Source: Candidatus Woesebacteria bacterium (GTDB taxonomy: Bacteria > Patescibacteriota > Microgenomatia > UBA1400 > UBA1396). Taken from it: DNA of 64,000 nucleotides. Positions 19,468-28,975 of the stretch are shown piece after piece (positions within the stretch are counted from its first letter, which is position 1; each line of letters begins with the position of its first letter). The DNA lies in the NCBI GenBank assembly GCA_021208605.1, contig JAJOJK010000015.1, positions 343 to 64,342 on the forward strand, written 5' to 3'. The notes under the pieces are model-generated. The model made no database searches. It had not been told where the DNA came from and saw only the letters and a list, made by a program, of their open reading frames with translations. A program made the position numbers and the translations under genes.

Positions 19468-19491
19468 GGGAGACACCCCTAGGCCTATAAC
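19468..19491. repeat. Left copy of the GGAGACACCCCTAGGCC inverted-repeat element, 18 nt upstream of the glycosylase start
   Basis: TAGGGAGACACCCCTAGGCCTATAAC; same core as the element at 12422. Confidence 0.7.
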
Positions 19492-19509
19492 AACTGGTAC
19501 AATTCTTTC

Positions 19510-20070
19510 ATGTCCCGCCTTCCACGCAATTTTTATGCTCAGCATACCCTTGAAGTAGCCACCGAACTCCTCGGGAAAGTATTGGTCGTCTATCGTCAAG
19601 GCATTCGCTTAAGCGGGGAAATACTCGAAGTCGAAGCCTACACTGGTACAGATGACCCCGCCTCCCACGCATTTCGAGGACCGACACCACGTAACCAACC
19701 GATGTTTTCTACGCCTGGTCATACGTATGTCTACTTCACATATGGCATGCACCATTGCGTAAATGTAGTCGCCCATGACAACAATGGTCCAGGCGCGGTA
19801 CTTATTCGCGCCGTGCGGCCACTCGAGGGACTCGACCTCATGCAAACAAGAAGGAAAAACAAACCATTCTCCCAACTGACCAATGGTCCAGCAAAACTCT
19901 GTCAAGCTTTTCAACTTGATCGCCAAGATACCAATATTGATTTGGTTACATCTGACGAAATCTGGATTGAGGATCAAGGAAAACGGTTTTTACCAGAGGA
20001 AATGAAGGCCACACCGCGAATCGGCATCTCGACCGCTATGGAAAAAGAGTGGCGATTTATAGTCCTGTAG
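19510..20070 (+). CDS. mpg: DNA-3-methyladenine glycosylase (AAG/Mpg family)
   Basis: 'FYAQHTLEVATELLGKVLV...GEILEVEAYTGTDDPASHAFRGPTPRNQPMF...HTYVYFTYGMHHC' Mpg signature. Confidence 0.8.
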   Translation: MSRLPRNFYAQHTLEVATELLGKVLVVYRQGIRLSGEILEVEAYTGTDDPASHAFRGPTPRNQPMFSTPGHTYVYFTYGMHHCVNVVAHDNNGPGAVLIRAVRPLEGLDLMQTRRKNKPFSQLTNGPAKLCQAFQLDRQDTNIDLVTSDEIWIEDQGKRFLPEEMKATPRIGISTAMEKEWRFIVL

Positions 20071-20082
20071 AAAAATATTGGC

Positions 20083-20100
20083 GGCCTAGGGGTGTCTCCC
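20083..20100. repeat. Right copy (inverted) of the GGAGACACCCCTAGGCC element, 12 nt after the glycosylase stop
   Basis: GGCCTAGGGGTGTCTCCC is the exact reverse complement of the left-copy core. Confidence 0.7.
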
Positions 20101-20104
20101 TATA

Positions 20105-20572
20105 TTAGGCTATAAAATTGTCCGCCCACTCGCCTGTCACCGCCTGCTGCTCGTCCCATTCCTGCGTCAGGACATCAATACGCAACAACGGTTCATGCAC
20201 CACACCACCATGACTCTCAGCACACTCTTTTAAAATGTCTGGTGACATACAAAACTCCAAATAACTCGAGTCGCCTAGACCAAACACTGCAAAATTCACA
20301 CCCGACCACATCTGTTCTGGTTCACGACCAGCCAGGCTCACCACAAACACTTCACCAAAGGGGTTTAATCCATTGTCATAGGTGGAAGCACCAATAAACA
20401 CAAAATCGTACTCGCGAAATGCCTCTGGATTGGCCACCAGCATATCGAGAATATCGACTTGCGCATCAGGAAGGCGTTCCTGCAGATGCTGCTGCAAATG
20501 TTCAGCCACACGTTTAGTGCTGCCAGAAATAGAGGCATACACAACGAGAATTTTTTCCGTTCCTTGTAACAT
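20105..20572 (-). CDS. flavodoxin-like protein
   Basis: 'KILVVYASISGSTKRVAE' flavodoxin phosphate-binding loop. Confidence 0.65.
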   Translation of the reverse strand: MLQGTEKILVVYASISGSTKRVAEHLQQHLQERLPDAQVDILDMLVANPEAFREYDFVFIGASTYDNGLNPFGEVFVVSLAGREPEQMWSGVNFAVFGLGDSSYLEFCMSPDILKECAESHGGVVHEPLLRIDVLTQEWDEQQAVTGEWADNFIA

Positions 20573-20668
20573 AGTTCCTTTTCTTTCCCTGACTTTGAAC
20601 TTCAGAATGTCGGCTCCCGGGCTTTGGACTCTGCAGGGCAGAGAGGCGCAAGAGCTTCAGTCTCCGAT

Positions 20669-21148
20669 CTACGTCCGCTGGACGCTGCGCACTGCTTCCA
20701 GCATGCCGGGATATTCACAGACTTGCGGGTTGGAAGCCAAGATTTCCTCGGGAGTCATCCAGACGACGTCGAAGATATCTTCCTCTGCCGGGTTACCCGA
20801 AAAATCTGTCTGTATTGTACCCTCTATCGAACACTCAAAGGCGATACAAATAATCTGCACACCTTTGCGAATATCTTGGCTGTTATCGATCACAAAATCC
20901 CAAGCGCCAACAATTCGATCTGGACGGATCTGGAGTCCAATCTCTTCAAAAACCTCTCGAACCACTGCTTCTTGTAACGACTCACCTGGCTCAATACCTC
21001 CGCCAGGAAAATCGAAAATTACCATTTCCTTACCATTGCGCACGAGCTTTTCTTTAACCAGCAAAATCTTGCCCTCATGCACAATCAGGGCCTTGGCACC
21101 TGGCCGTAATCGTTCAATCGTTTCTACACCTGGTGGCAAATCTAACAT
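20669..21148 (-). CDS. NUDIX hydrolase
   Basis: Nudix box 'GGGIEPGESLQEAVVREVFEEIG'. Confidence 0.75.
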   Translation of the reverse strand: MLDLPPGVETIERLRPGAKALIVHEGKILLVKEKLVRNGKEMVIFDFPGGGIEPGESLQEAVVREVFEEIGLQIRPDRIVGAWDFVIDNSQDIRKGVQIICIAFECSIEGTIQTDFSGNPAEEDIFDVVWMTPEEILASNPQVCEYPGMLEAVRSVQRT

Positions 21149-21151
21149 GAA

Positions 21152-21742
21152 TTATTCTCCTGTTTCAGTAAGTTTTTGGGCTAACGCAATAAAGTTATTC
21201 ATGAAATAGGGATACCGATTATCCGGCGGAGATTCAGCCAAAGTACCTTCTTCACCCACTAACTGCATAATCGGTGACCAGCCAGAAAAATCATGTCCGT
21301 CGTCACCAAGCGCCTGCTCAGGCAAATTCCCGGCTGGCTGAGTAGTCAGCTGGAACGGCACCTGATGCGTAAACTCATGCACAATTTCTTGGTGCGGATC
21401 AACATACACCAGACCCAACTCAAAATAGGCCGAACGATCCTCGACCTGTTCCAACATATGAACCAGATTTTCGAGAGGTAAATTGCGTTCAAAATATGCC
21501 ATGTACGGACCAGGAATTCCGCCTAAAGATGGAATGTGAAAGGCATGATCTTCACGCATTACAGGCGTCTGGAGTTGTTCGGCGGCCTGCTGAGCTGAGT
21601 GGCGAGCCACTTCGAGCGAAGAATATCCTTGGATTTCTGGAAGATCAAGAGATACCGGCTCAATCTCAAGACTAAAATCCGCAAAAGCGCGACGAGCAGT
21701 TTCAATTTTGAATGGATTGCCGGTCAAAAAAGAGATTTTCAT
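21152..21742 (-). CDS. Ham1/ITPase-family non-canonical purine NTP pyrophosphatase
   Basis: 'MKISFLTGNPFKIETARRAF...LDLPEIQG...EDHAFHIPSLGGIPGPYMAYF'. Confidence 0.6.
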   Translation of the reverse strand: MKISFLTGNPFKIETARRAFADFSLEIEPVSLDLPEIQGYSSLEVARHSAQQAAEQLQTPVMREDHAFHIPSLGGIPGPYMAYFERNLPLENLVHMLEQVEDRSAYFELGLVYVDPHQEIVHEFTHQVPFQLTTQPAGNLPEQALGDDGHDFSGWSPIMQLVGEEGTLAESPPDNRYPYFMNNFIALAQKLTETGE

Positions 21743-22506
21743 CTGGAGTGTAGTGTAGCAAAGTCAGCCATTATCTGCAGTCGCGGCTGGAGCGCTTGCC
21801 AGAGTGTTTCTAATTTTTGGCCATCGGAAGAAAACAACTGTAACGAACCCTGTCCACCAAGATCAGGTGCGAAGGTCTGTAAGCGGTTACTCACGCCTTC
21901 GTTGGGAAAAAAGAAGGGCACCGGACTCCCAATTGCCTGCTGAATCTCTGCCGCTACCAGCGGAAAGTGCGTGCACCCCAAAACCACTCCGGTAGCACTG
22001 GCATACGGAGCCAATAAGCTCTCGACTTCTCGCTGTGCTGTCTGCCAGTCAGCGGCTTCGATGTATCGCACTAAATCAGTAGTACCTACTAACTCAAAAT
22101 TCGTTTGAAATTGGTATGGCTGTAGCAAATTCTGCAGGGCGGCACTCTCCACCGTATTTTTTGTGGCTAGTACGACTATGGTCGAGTGGGCTGGAGTCAA
22201 AAGACTCGCCGGTCGTACTGCAGGGACCGTGCCTACAAAAGGAACTTTTGGCCATTCTCGCCGAAGTTCACCCAGTGCCATAACAGTAGCCGTATTGCAC
22301 GCCACGACAATCGCTTCGCAGCCAAAATCCAGCAAAAAACGCACGTTTTCCTTGCTGAAAGAAATAATTTCCGCCAACGACTTTTCTGAGTACGGCGCGT
22401 GTGACCTATCAGCCAAATATATATACTCATGGCCAGGCATATCTTGAAGAAGTTGATACAAAATGGTCCAACCGCCAATACCAGAATCAAAAACACCAAT
22501 ATGCAT
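21739..22506 (-). CDS. murI: glutamate racemase
   Basis: 'IGVFDSGIGGWTIL...VVACNTAT...GCTHFPL'. Confidence 0.85.
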   Translation of the reverse strand: MHIGVFDSGIGGWTILYQLLQDMPGHEYIYLADRSHAPYSEKSLAEIISFSKENVRFLLDFGCEAIVVACNTATVMALGELRREWPKVPFVGTVPAVRPASLLTPAHSTIVVLATKNTVESAALQNLLQPYQFQTNFELVGTTDLVRYIEAADWQTAQREVESLLAPYASATGVVLGCTHFPLVAAEIQQAIGSPVPFFFPNEGVSNRLQTFAPDLGGQGSLQLFSSDGQKLETLWQALQPRLQIMADFATLHSR

Positions 22507-22549
22507 AATTCACTCGTTCCATAATAAACCCAAATCCAGTACACTGTCT

Positions 22550-24328
22550 ATGGTGTCACAAGTTCAAGAAATCAAAGAAAAACTGGATATTATCGAGGTT
22601 GTCGGAAATCGCATCACTTTAGAGCGATCCGGCAAGAATTTTCGGTCAACCTGTCCGTTTCACAGTGAAAAAACACCATCCTTTTTTGTTTCTCCCGAGT
22701 TGCAGCGCTTTATCTGCTTTGGCTGCGGGCGAAAAGGTGATGTTTTAAGCTTTATTCAGGAATATGACCGCCTTACTTTTCCAGAAACGATCCAAACTGC
22801 CGCCGAAATGGCTGGTATTGAACTCAATCAAGACTGGAAAGATCCCAAAGAGCAAGAACGCCAAAAACTTTTTGCCATCATGGAACTGGCCCAAAAATAT
22901 TACTCGTATCTCCTTACTGAACACGCTTCTGGCAAAGCCGCCCGCGAGTACCTCAAAAAAAGAAGCGTACAAAGTACCACTATCCGCCAATTTGGCCTCG
23001 GCGCCGCTCCTGACAAATGGGATGGTCTCGTCAATTACCTTACCAAGAAAAAAAATTACCACCCAAATGATGTCGTCAATGCTGGACTCGCCATTCAAGG
23101 CAAAAAAGGTGTCTATGATCGATTCCGCGGACGGGTTATGTTTCCCTTGCATGATCATCGAGGGCGAGTAGTTGGATTCTCCGGTCGCGTTCTGGATCCA
23201 GATGCCAAAGAAGCCAAGTACATCAACACACCCGAAACTGATGTCTACCACAAACGCTATCTGCTGTTTGGCTACTGGCAAAATCTAGACGCGATTCGCG
23301 AAAAAGAATCAGTCATCGTCACTGAAGGTGAGCTGGACGTCTTATCTTCTACTCAGGCGCACGTACGCAACATTGTAGCCATCAAAGGCTCAGCCTTAAC
23401 TGAAGAACAAATTCGTATCATGGCGCGCACCGTAAAAACCATCTATTTAGCCCTCGATGCGGATAGCGCGGGTATCAAAGCCACCCGCCGTGCCATTGAA
23501 CTGGTGCAACCATTTCCTGTTTCGCTGCGCGTCATTCCGCTGAAAGGCGGGAAAGACCCCGATGAACTCGCTAAGTCCGATCCAAAAGCTTGGCGCGAAA
23601 TGATCAAACAACACACTTCCGCTTTTGAGTACGTCTTGGACACAACACTGGCCCAACAAGATATGTCGACCGCGCAGGGTCAAAAGACAGTAACCAACAC
23701 CATGCTGGAACTGTTGCTGACTATTGATCACGCCGTGGAGCGCGCCTTTTACCTCAAGCAACTGGCCGAGAAACTCGGAATTCCCGAATCTATCATCGAA
23801 GAACAGTGGCAAGCCACGCAGAAAAAACACACCCAATCCCAGCTGCAACAGCACCGCCAACCCACTCCGGATTCATCCGAACAGGCAGAAGAAGAGAGCG
23901 GCACCTCCGACACTCTTGGCGAGTACCTACTGCAAATTCTCCTGCGCCTCCCACTGCCGGCCAACACACGCCTCAATCCGGAGTGGATCACCGAGCTTCG
24001 ACTCCGCCGCATTCTGGAACATCTCCTCGAGTGGCAACAAGACTATAAGAGTTTTGAGCTCGCGCCTTTTACCGCGCATCTTCCAGACGAACTCCAAGAA
24101 ACTGTTTCCACGCTCTATATTGCTGATTTCCCAGTCGAACAAAAAATGATGGACCGCGAGCTCCGCGTCACACTCACACAGCTCGAACAGCGCTGGCGCA
24201 AAAAACGCCTGGCAGAAATTAGCGGTGCTCTTGGACAACTGGAAAACAAAGACGAACTCACCGAGGCTGAAGAACAAGAATTCTTAGCACTGCAAAAAGA
24301 GCTGCAGCGGTTGACGACGTTGGGGTAA
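22550..24328 (+). CDS. dnaG: DNA primase DnaG
   Basis: Start at MVSQVQEIK; CHC2 zinc finger 'CPFHSEKTPSFFVSPELQRFICFGCGRKGD', TOPRIM 'IVTEGELDVLS'. Confidence 0.85.
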   Translation: MVSQVQEIKEKLDIIEVVGNRITLERSGKNFRSTCPFHSEKTPSFFVSPELQRFICFGCGRKGDVLSFIQEYDRLTFPETIQTAAEMAGIELNQDWKDPKEQERQKLFAIMELAQKYYSYLLTEHASGKAAREYLKKRSVQSTTIRQFGLGAAPDKWDGLVNYLTKKKNYHPNDVVNAGLAIQGKKGVYDRFRGRVMFPLHDHRGRVVGFSGRVLDPDAKEAKYINTPETDVYHKRYLLFGYWQNLDAIREKESVIVTEGELDVLSSTQAHVRNIVAIKGSALTEEQIRIMARTVKTIYLALDADSAGIKATRRAIELVQPFPVSLRVIPLKGGKDPDELAKSDPKAWREMIKQHTSAFEYVLDTTLAQQDMSTAQGQKTVTNTMLELLLTIDHAVERAFYLKQLAEKLGIPESIIEEQWQATQKKHTQSQLQQHRQPTPDSSEQAEEESGTSDTLGEYLLQILLRLPLPANTRLNPEWITELRLRRILEHLLEWQQDYKSFELAPFTAHLPDELQETVSTLYIADFPVEQKMMDRELRVTLTQLEQRWRKKRLAEISGALGQLENKDELTEAEEQEFLALQKELQRLTTLG

Positions 24329-24341
24329 AAGAGTCTCTCAT

Positions 24342-24965
24342 TTAACGCAGATTTTTGAGAATGGTCTGAATTTCACCCCAAGTTTTCTCGCCATTTCCGC
24401 GAGGAGTACGAACGCCAGCATATAAAATCGTATATATATTTGGATCTTTCTCTTCAAGAATAGCCTGGTGCAGAGGAACACTATCATCAATCATAAGAAG
24501 CGGCTTGCCCAGTTCACTCGCCTTCTTTTTCAAAACAGATAACTTCCATGGCGTAGTGTCTTCTACGGGGATATCAGCCGGACGACAAATAACCTCTCTC
24601 TGCGGATAGCCATGCTTCTCGAGCTCTTCTGCGGTGAGCGCCGCAATAACATCCGGACGGGTAGTGAGATAAAAGGCCACCATGGCATCTGCTGCTGTGA
24701 CCACTTCTAGGGCCTCTGGCAAAACTTCCATATTCCGATTAAACCATTCCGCTGCACACATTCGGGCATTGAGATCAAAATATCCTGGATACTGACCAAA
24801 CGCCCCATGCGACCCACCTAAACGCAAAAAGTCTTCAAGATTAGGCATATCAGTCCATCCCAAAAGTCTTCCCGCACGAGACAGTTTGGAGTGGTGGCGC
24901 TTCGTACTGTCGACTAACGTTTCATCAATATCGAGAACAATTTGGGTTTCTGGTGTTATTGCCAT
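24342..24965 (-). CDS. HAD-superfamily hydrolase
   Basis: Motif I 'LDIDETLVDS'. Confidence 0.6.
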   Translation of the reverse strand: MAITPETQIVLDIDETLVDSTKRHHSKLSRAGRLLGWTDMPNLEDFLRLGGSHGAFGQYPGYFDLNARMCAAEWFNRNMEVLPEALEVVTAADAMVAFYLTTRPDVIAALTAEELEKHGYPQREVICRPADIPVEDTTPWKLSVLKKKASELGKPLLMIDDSVPLHQAILEEKDPNIYTILYAGVRTPRGNGEKTWGEIQTILKNLR

Positions 24966-25045
24966 ATGTATCCCTCTTTAATTAGAGGAGGGATATCATA
25001 CCGCTTTTTGGCAGAAACTTCTTCTGTAATAAGAATTAACCCTTT

Positions 25046-25564
25046 TTATCCGGATACAATCACATCTGCCCACTGCTTTTGCGGCTCCACCCAGCGCTGG
25101 TGTTCCGCCTCAACCGCAATCGAGTATTGCAGCGTAGCCGCACAATCTCGGCCCTTGCAGGTGTCGCGCTCGATACGCCGACGTATTCGCTCACTCGCTG
25201 GCACATCTAAGAAAAATTTCAAAGCCGCTTGATCACGCAGGAGAGCAGAGTGAAAGGCGAAAATACCTTCCACAAGAATATACTTCGCTGGTTCGACTCG
25301 TTTCTTGCCAACACGTTCGGAAACTGCTGGCTCAAACACGGGAATTTCTACCGATTTTCCGGCCAATAAATCCTGTACCGCCAGTTCCAATGCATCAAAA
25401 TCAAACGCTTCCGGCACGTCAAAGTTGTAGGGTGGCGTCATTTTGCTTTTGCCAACATAGAAATCATCGGTGGAGAGCACGGCGGCATTTTGAAAATACT
25501 GCGCAAAATATGATTTTCCAGAACCACTTCCTCCGCAGATGAGGATGAGCAGCGGAAACTTCAT
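25046..25564 (-). CDS. uridine/cytidine kinase-family protein
   Basis: P-loop 'CGGSGSGKSYFA', PRK/Udk fold. Confidence 0.6.
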   Translation of the reverse strand: MKFPLLILICGGSGSGKSYFAQYFQNAAVLSTDDFYVGKSKMTPPYNFDVPEAFDFDALELAVQDLLAGKSVEIPVFEPAVSERVGKKRVEPAKYILVEGIFAFHSALLRDQAALKFFLDVPASERIRRRIERDTCKGRDCAATLQYSIAVEAEHQRWVEPQKQWADVIVSG

Positions 25565-25569
25565 CTCTG

Positions 25570-26364
25570 TTACTCCCTTGATTTATAGACGGTTTGTGTA
25601 TTCTCACCATGCAGGGTAGTACCACCTGCTGGCGTTTGCTGCTGCAAAAATTGGCGAATACTTTCAACATCGCTCATATGTCCCAGCCATAAGGGAATGC
25701 TGCTGCCACGACGTTCTCGTTGTTCTAAGCGATGTACCGCCACGGGATCGAGCGGCACATTCATGCCGGGGCGGAATTGACAGGGATCGTTCAGCAACAC
25801 GCCCTCAGCTACTAAAGTGGCCAACGAACTCGCCGAGATCGGACGAGCGGAGTCATCTTTGCGCGGATCGGCGGTAAAAATATTCCAGATATTGGAAAGA
25901 ATAAGAATACTCGCGTCATACCCATTGTCTTGATAAATTTCGGCCGCGGTCACCGCTGAGGCGTCGGTGGACTGGCCGACTTGCAAACCGCCCAAAGCCA
26001 CAGCAAATTGGCGTTGTTCAGACAAAATCGTTTGAGCATCAGCCGGCGATTGGGGGATTTCCGATTCCACCGAGTATCCCTGGCGCGCGAGTACCCGCTG
26101 CACTTGTTCGGCGTGACCGCGCAAAACCTCAATCCCGATCTGGTCTTTTCGCTCATCGGAAATATCTCCTTGGGAAGCTTGTTCTTTTCGAACATGCTGA
26201 CCACCGCCAATGGCAAAAACGGCATGGACAAAATGGGTAGGGAAATGCACCTGCACCGCTTCAAACCAGGCGTGTAGATTCTCTTCACATACTCCGTTTT
26301 CGTCGGTGGCCTCAGAGCCACCAAACTTGACTACCAGCGCTCGTTCTCGGTTCGCACCAGTCAT
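25570..26364 (-). CDS. amino-acid-kinase-family protein (isopentenyl-phosphate/uridylate kinase-like)
   Basis: Start at MTGANRERA; 'LVVKFGGSE' N-term. Confidence 0.5.
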   Translation of the reverse strand: MTGANRERALVVKFGGSEATDENGVCEENLHAWFEAVQVHFPTHFVHAVFAIGGGQHVRKEQASQGDISDERKDQIGIEVLRGHAEQVQRVLARQGYSVESEIPQSPADAQTILSEQRQFAVALGGLQVGQSTDASAVTAAEIYQDNGYDASILILSNIWNIFTADPRKDDSARPISASSLATLVAEGVLLNDPCQFRPGMNVPLDPVAVHRLEQRERRGSSIPLWLGHMSDVESIRQFLQQQTPAGGTTLHGENTQTVYKSRE

Positions 26365-26366
26365 AT

Positions 26367-27197
26367 TTAACTCCGCTTTCCTTTTTTTGCCTGGCCTTGT
26401 GTTTCCGGCATACTCCATTCATTTGCGGTGATAGCGTGGCCGAGGTTTTCGGCCTTGGAGCGTAAGTCACTGGCGATAATTTCGTTGTCCGGGGTGATGT
26501 GAATTCCCACCGGAGTGACCTGAATACCAGCGGACTCAATACCGGCAATTTTGCGGGGGTTGTTCGTAAGTAAACGAACTGACTTCACACCGAGTTTGTG
26601 CAGCATTTCACCAGCCACAGTGAAATCACGGCTTTCGGAAGGGTAGCCGGCTTCTTTGTAGGCTCGATCGGTGTCGATACGCTCACCAGTCTGCGCGTCG
26701 CGTTTCTGCTCAATCTGACCATTTTCCCAGCCAAACATGCCATTAAGCTGCGCCAGTTTCCCGGCGATCCCAGTCCCACGACCTTCTTGTTCTAAGTAGA
26801 GAATAATGCCGCGGCCTTCTTTCTGAATCAGTTCCATGGCTTCGTGCAGTTCTTTGCGACATTCACAGTTAATAGCGTGATAGGTCTCATTCGTGCGGCA
26901 AGAGGAGTGCATTCGTACCAAGACATCCTCACCATCTCCCAGAGCTTCTTCGGTTATATTGCCAAAAACGAGCATTTCGTGGTGTTGTCCGTCGGTCCAG
27001 TCACCAAACACAATGTAGGTCCAATCGCCAAACTCCGTGGGGAGTGGCGCACGACCAAATTCTTCAAGCATGGGTTCTCCTTCCTTTTGTAGCAACGCTT
27101 TCATCCAGGCAATAGCGATCCATGGCGCATACCATTCTTCGCACTTGCGCTCCTTCCACGCTGCATGAGCCTCTTTGGTCCAGTATTCTCCTGCCAT
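26367..27197 (-). CDS. ribA: GTP cyclohydrolase II
   Basis: 'RMHSSCRTNETYHAINCECRKEL...GIILYLEQEGRGTGIAGKL'. Confidence 0.75.
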   Translation of the reverse strand: MAGEYWTKEAHAAWKERKCEEWYAPWIAIAWMKALLQKEGEPMLEEFGRAPLPTEFGDWTYIVFGDWTDGQHHEMLVFGNITEEALGDGEDVLVRMHSSCRTNETYHAINCECRKELHEAMELIQKEGRGIILYLEQEGRGTGIAGKLAQLNGMFGWENGQIEQKRDAQTGERIDTDRAYKEAGYPSESRDFTVAGEMLHKLGVKSVRLLTNNPRKIAGIESAGIQVTPVGIHITPDNEIIASDLRSKAENLGHAITANEWSMPETQGQAKKGKRS

Positions 27198-27351
27198 ACT
27201 CCCTCCGTATATATTTTTACGAGAATGAGTCTCGTTGTAATATACTTGGACGGTTTATATCATGCCACAAAATTCTAGTCAATAGGGTATTCGATCTCGT
27301 AAAAATGGAGAGAGGAGTGCCGTTAAAACAGGTGGCAAAGACACTTCCCAC

Positions 27352-27379
27352 TTCACATCCCTCAGAAAATGGGTATAAT
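27352..27379 (+). promoter_or_regulatory. putative sigma-70 promoter for rpoD (TTCACA-16-TATAAT)
   Basis: -35 at 27352-27357, -10 at 27374-27379, ~60 nt upstream of rpoD ATG. Confidence 0.4.
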
Positions 27380-27438
27380 TGTAAAACGTTCCGAATACAA
27401 AACGTATCCAAAATAATGGATTAAGGATTTTCGCACAC

Positions 27439-28527
27439 ATGTCAAAAAGAATTCCCTTTGATAAAGCTTTAGAATTGTTGCTGCAACGCGCTCAGTCGCA
27501 AGGGCACATTGCACAAAGTGACATCTTGGAGCTCATTCCGGAACCGGAACGCCACATTCAAGAAATCGATGATTTCTACGACAAGCTCTACACATTAGAG
27601 ATCGACGTCTTTGAAAGTATTTCTCAGCCCAAAGAAGAGGACTCCGAACTTTCCGAAATGGAACAAGAGCTCGAAGAGCTGGCCGCCATGGAAAGCTCCC
27701 GCGTATCGGACCCGGTACGCATGTACCTGAAAGAAATTGGCCGCGTGCCACTTTTGAACCGCACCCAAGAAATCGATATTTCCCAGCGCAACGAAGCGGG
27801 CAGTCCGGAAGCCAAACAAGAACTCATTGACGCTAACTTGCGTTTGGTGGTTTCCATTGCCAAAAAATACATTGGCCGTGGCATGACCTTCTTAGACCTG
27901 ATCCAAGAAGGAAACAAAGGCCTTATCCGCGCCGTAGAGAAGTACGACTGGCGCAAAGGCTTTAAGTTCTCCACCTACGCCACCTGGTGGATTCGCCAAG
28001 CCATTACGCGTGCTATTGCTGACCAAGCTCGCACGATTCGTATTCCGGTGCACATGGTCGAGACCATCAATAAGTTGATGCGTATCTCTCGCCAGCTCAT
28101 GCAAGACCTCGGTCGCGAACCAACTCCAGAGGAAATTGGTGAAGAAATGGAGATGGATCCGGAAAAAGTCCGCGAGATTCTCAAGATTTCTCAGAAAACG
28201 ACCTCACTGGAAACCCCAATTGGCGACGATGGCGACTCCTTCCTCGGCGACTTCATTGCCGACGAAAACCAAGTCACACCCTACGACGCCACCGCCGGCC
28301 GCATGCTCAAAGAAGATATCGAAGACGTGCTGGCCACCCTCACCGACCGCGAAGCCCGCGTGGTCCGCATGCGTTTTGGTCTCAATTCCAACCGCCAAAT
28401 GACGCTCGAAGAAGTCGGCCAAAAATTCGGTGTCACCCGCGAACGTATTCGCCAGATTGAAGCCAAGGCTTTGAGAAAACTGCGCCATCCGAGTATGCGG
28501 AAGCGGTTGCAGGACTTTTTGGAGTAA
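27439..28527 (+). CDS. rpoD: RNA polymerase primary sigma factor
   Basis: Region 2 '[27 protein letters not shown]', region 4 '[15 protein letters not shown]...[28 protein letters not shown]'. Confidence 0.9.
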   Translation: MSKRIPFDKALELLLQRAQSQGHIAQSDILELIPEPERHIQEIDDFYDKLYTLEIDVFESISQPKEEDSELSEMEQELEELAAMESSRVSDPVRMYLKEIGRVPLLNRTQEIDISQRNEAGSPEAKQELIDANLRLVVSIAKKYIGRGMTFLDLIQEGNKGLIRAVEKYDWRKGFKFSTYATWWIRQAITRAIADQARTIRIPVHMVETINKLMRISRQLMQDLGREPTPEEIGEEMEMDPEKVREILKISQKTTSLETPIGDDGDSFLGDFIADENQVTPYDATAGRMLKEDIEDVLATLTDREARVVRMRFGLNSNRQMTLEEVGQKFGVTRERIRQIEAKALRKLRHPSMRKRLQDFLE

Positions 28528-28640
28528 AACCGAGTAAAGATTCCGATAATGCAGACTCTTCCTCTCTGCGCTCACTCAAGGGCAAGGTGTATTAATGTCA
28601 CCCTTGCATAACATCCTGATTCCTGTTTATATAGGCACAT

Positions 28641-28892
28641 ATGTCATTTATTGATGCAGAGATGCAAGCCTACCTTGTACAACAAATAGCAAAATGCAAA
28701 AAAACTGCAGAAGAGGCCGGCAGACAAGTATATTTTGCCGACAACGCGGCTGAAATTAATGAAGATATCCTTACGCCACAACAAATACTTCAAGCTCTCC
28801 GTGATGATAATCTCAACCTCCTCGAAATCATGGCTCTCATCACCGAAACCATGGAAACTCTTGAAATCCAGGAAGCAGCAACAGTTCGATAG
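28641..28892 (+). CDS. hypothetical small protein
   Basis: 83-aa ORF. Confidence 0.3.
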   Translation: MSFIDAEMQAYLVQQIAKCKKTAEEAGRQVYFADNAAEINEDILTPQQILQALRDDNLNLLEIMALITETMETLEIQEAATVR

Positions 28893-28975
28893 TTACCACA
28901 CCGCACTACGGAAACCGAATTTGCCCTGGGCAATTCCAGCTTCATTCGGTATAATTGGCCTCTGATCGTTAACAA

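Noticed and set aside
20382-21209. 275-aa plus-strand ORF
   Set aside because: Antisense to the flavodoxin and NUDIX genes; Ser/Thr-rich low-complexity translation.
22745-24277. Several minus-strand ORFs (178, 137, 116 aa) within dnaG
   Set aside because: Antisense to a gene with strong primase motifs; no independent support.
27198-27438. Looked for an FMN riboswitch upstream of ribA (minus strand)
   Set aside because: None of the conserved FMN-element strings (AGGGTGAAATTCCC, GGATGGGAGAA-like) are present; the region instead carries a plausible plus-strand rpoD promoter.
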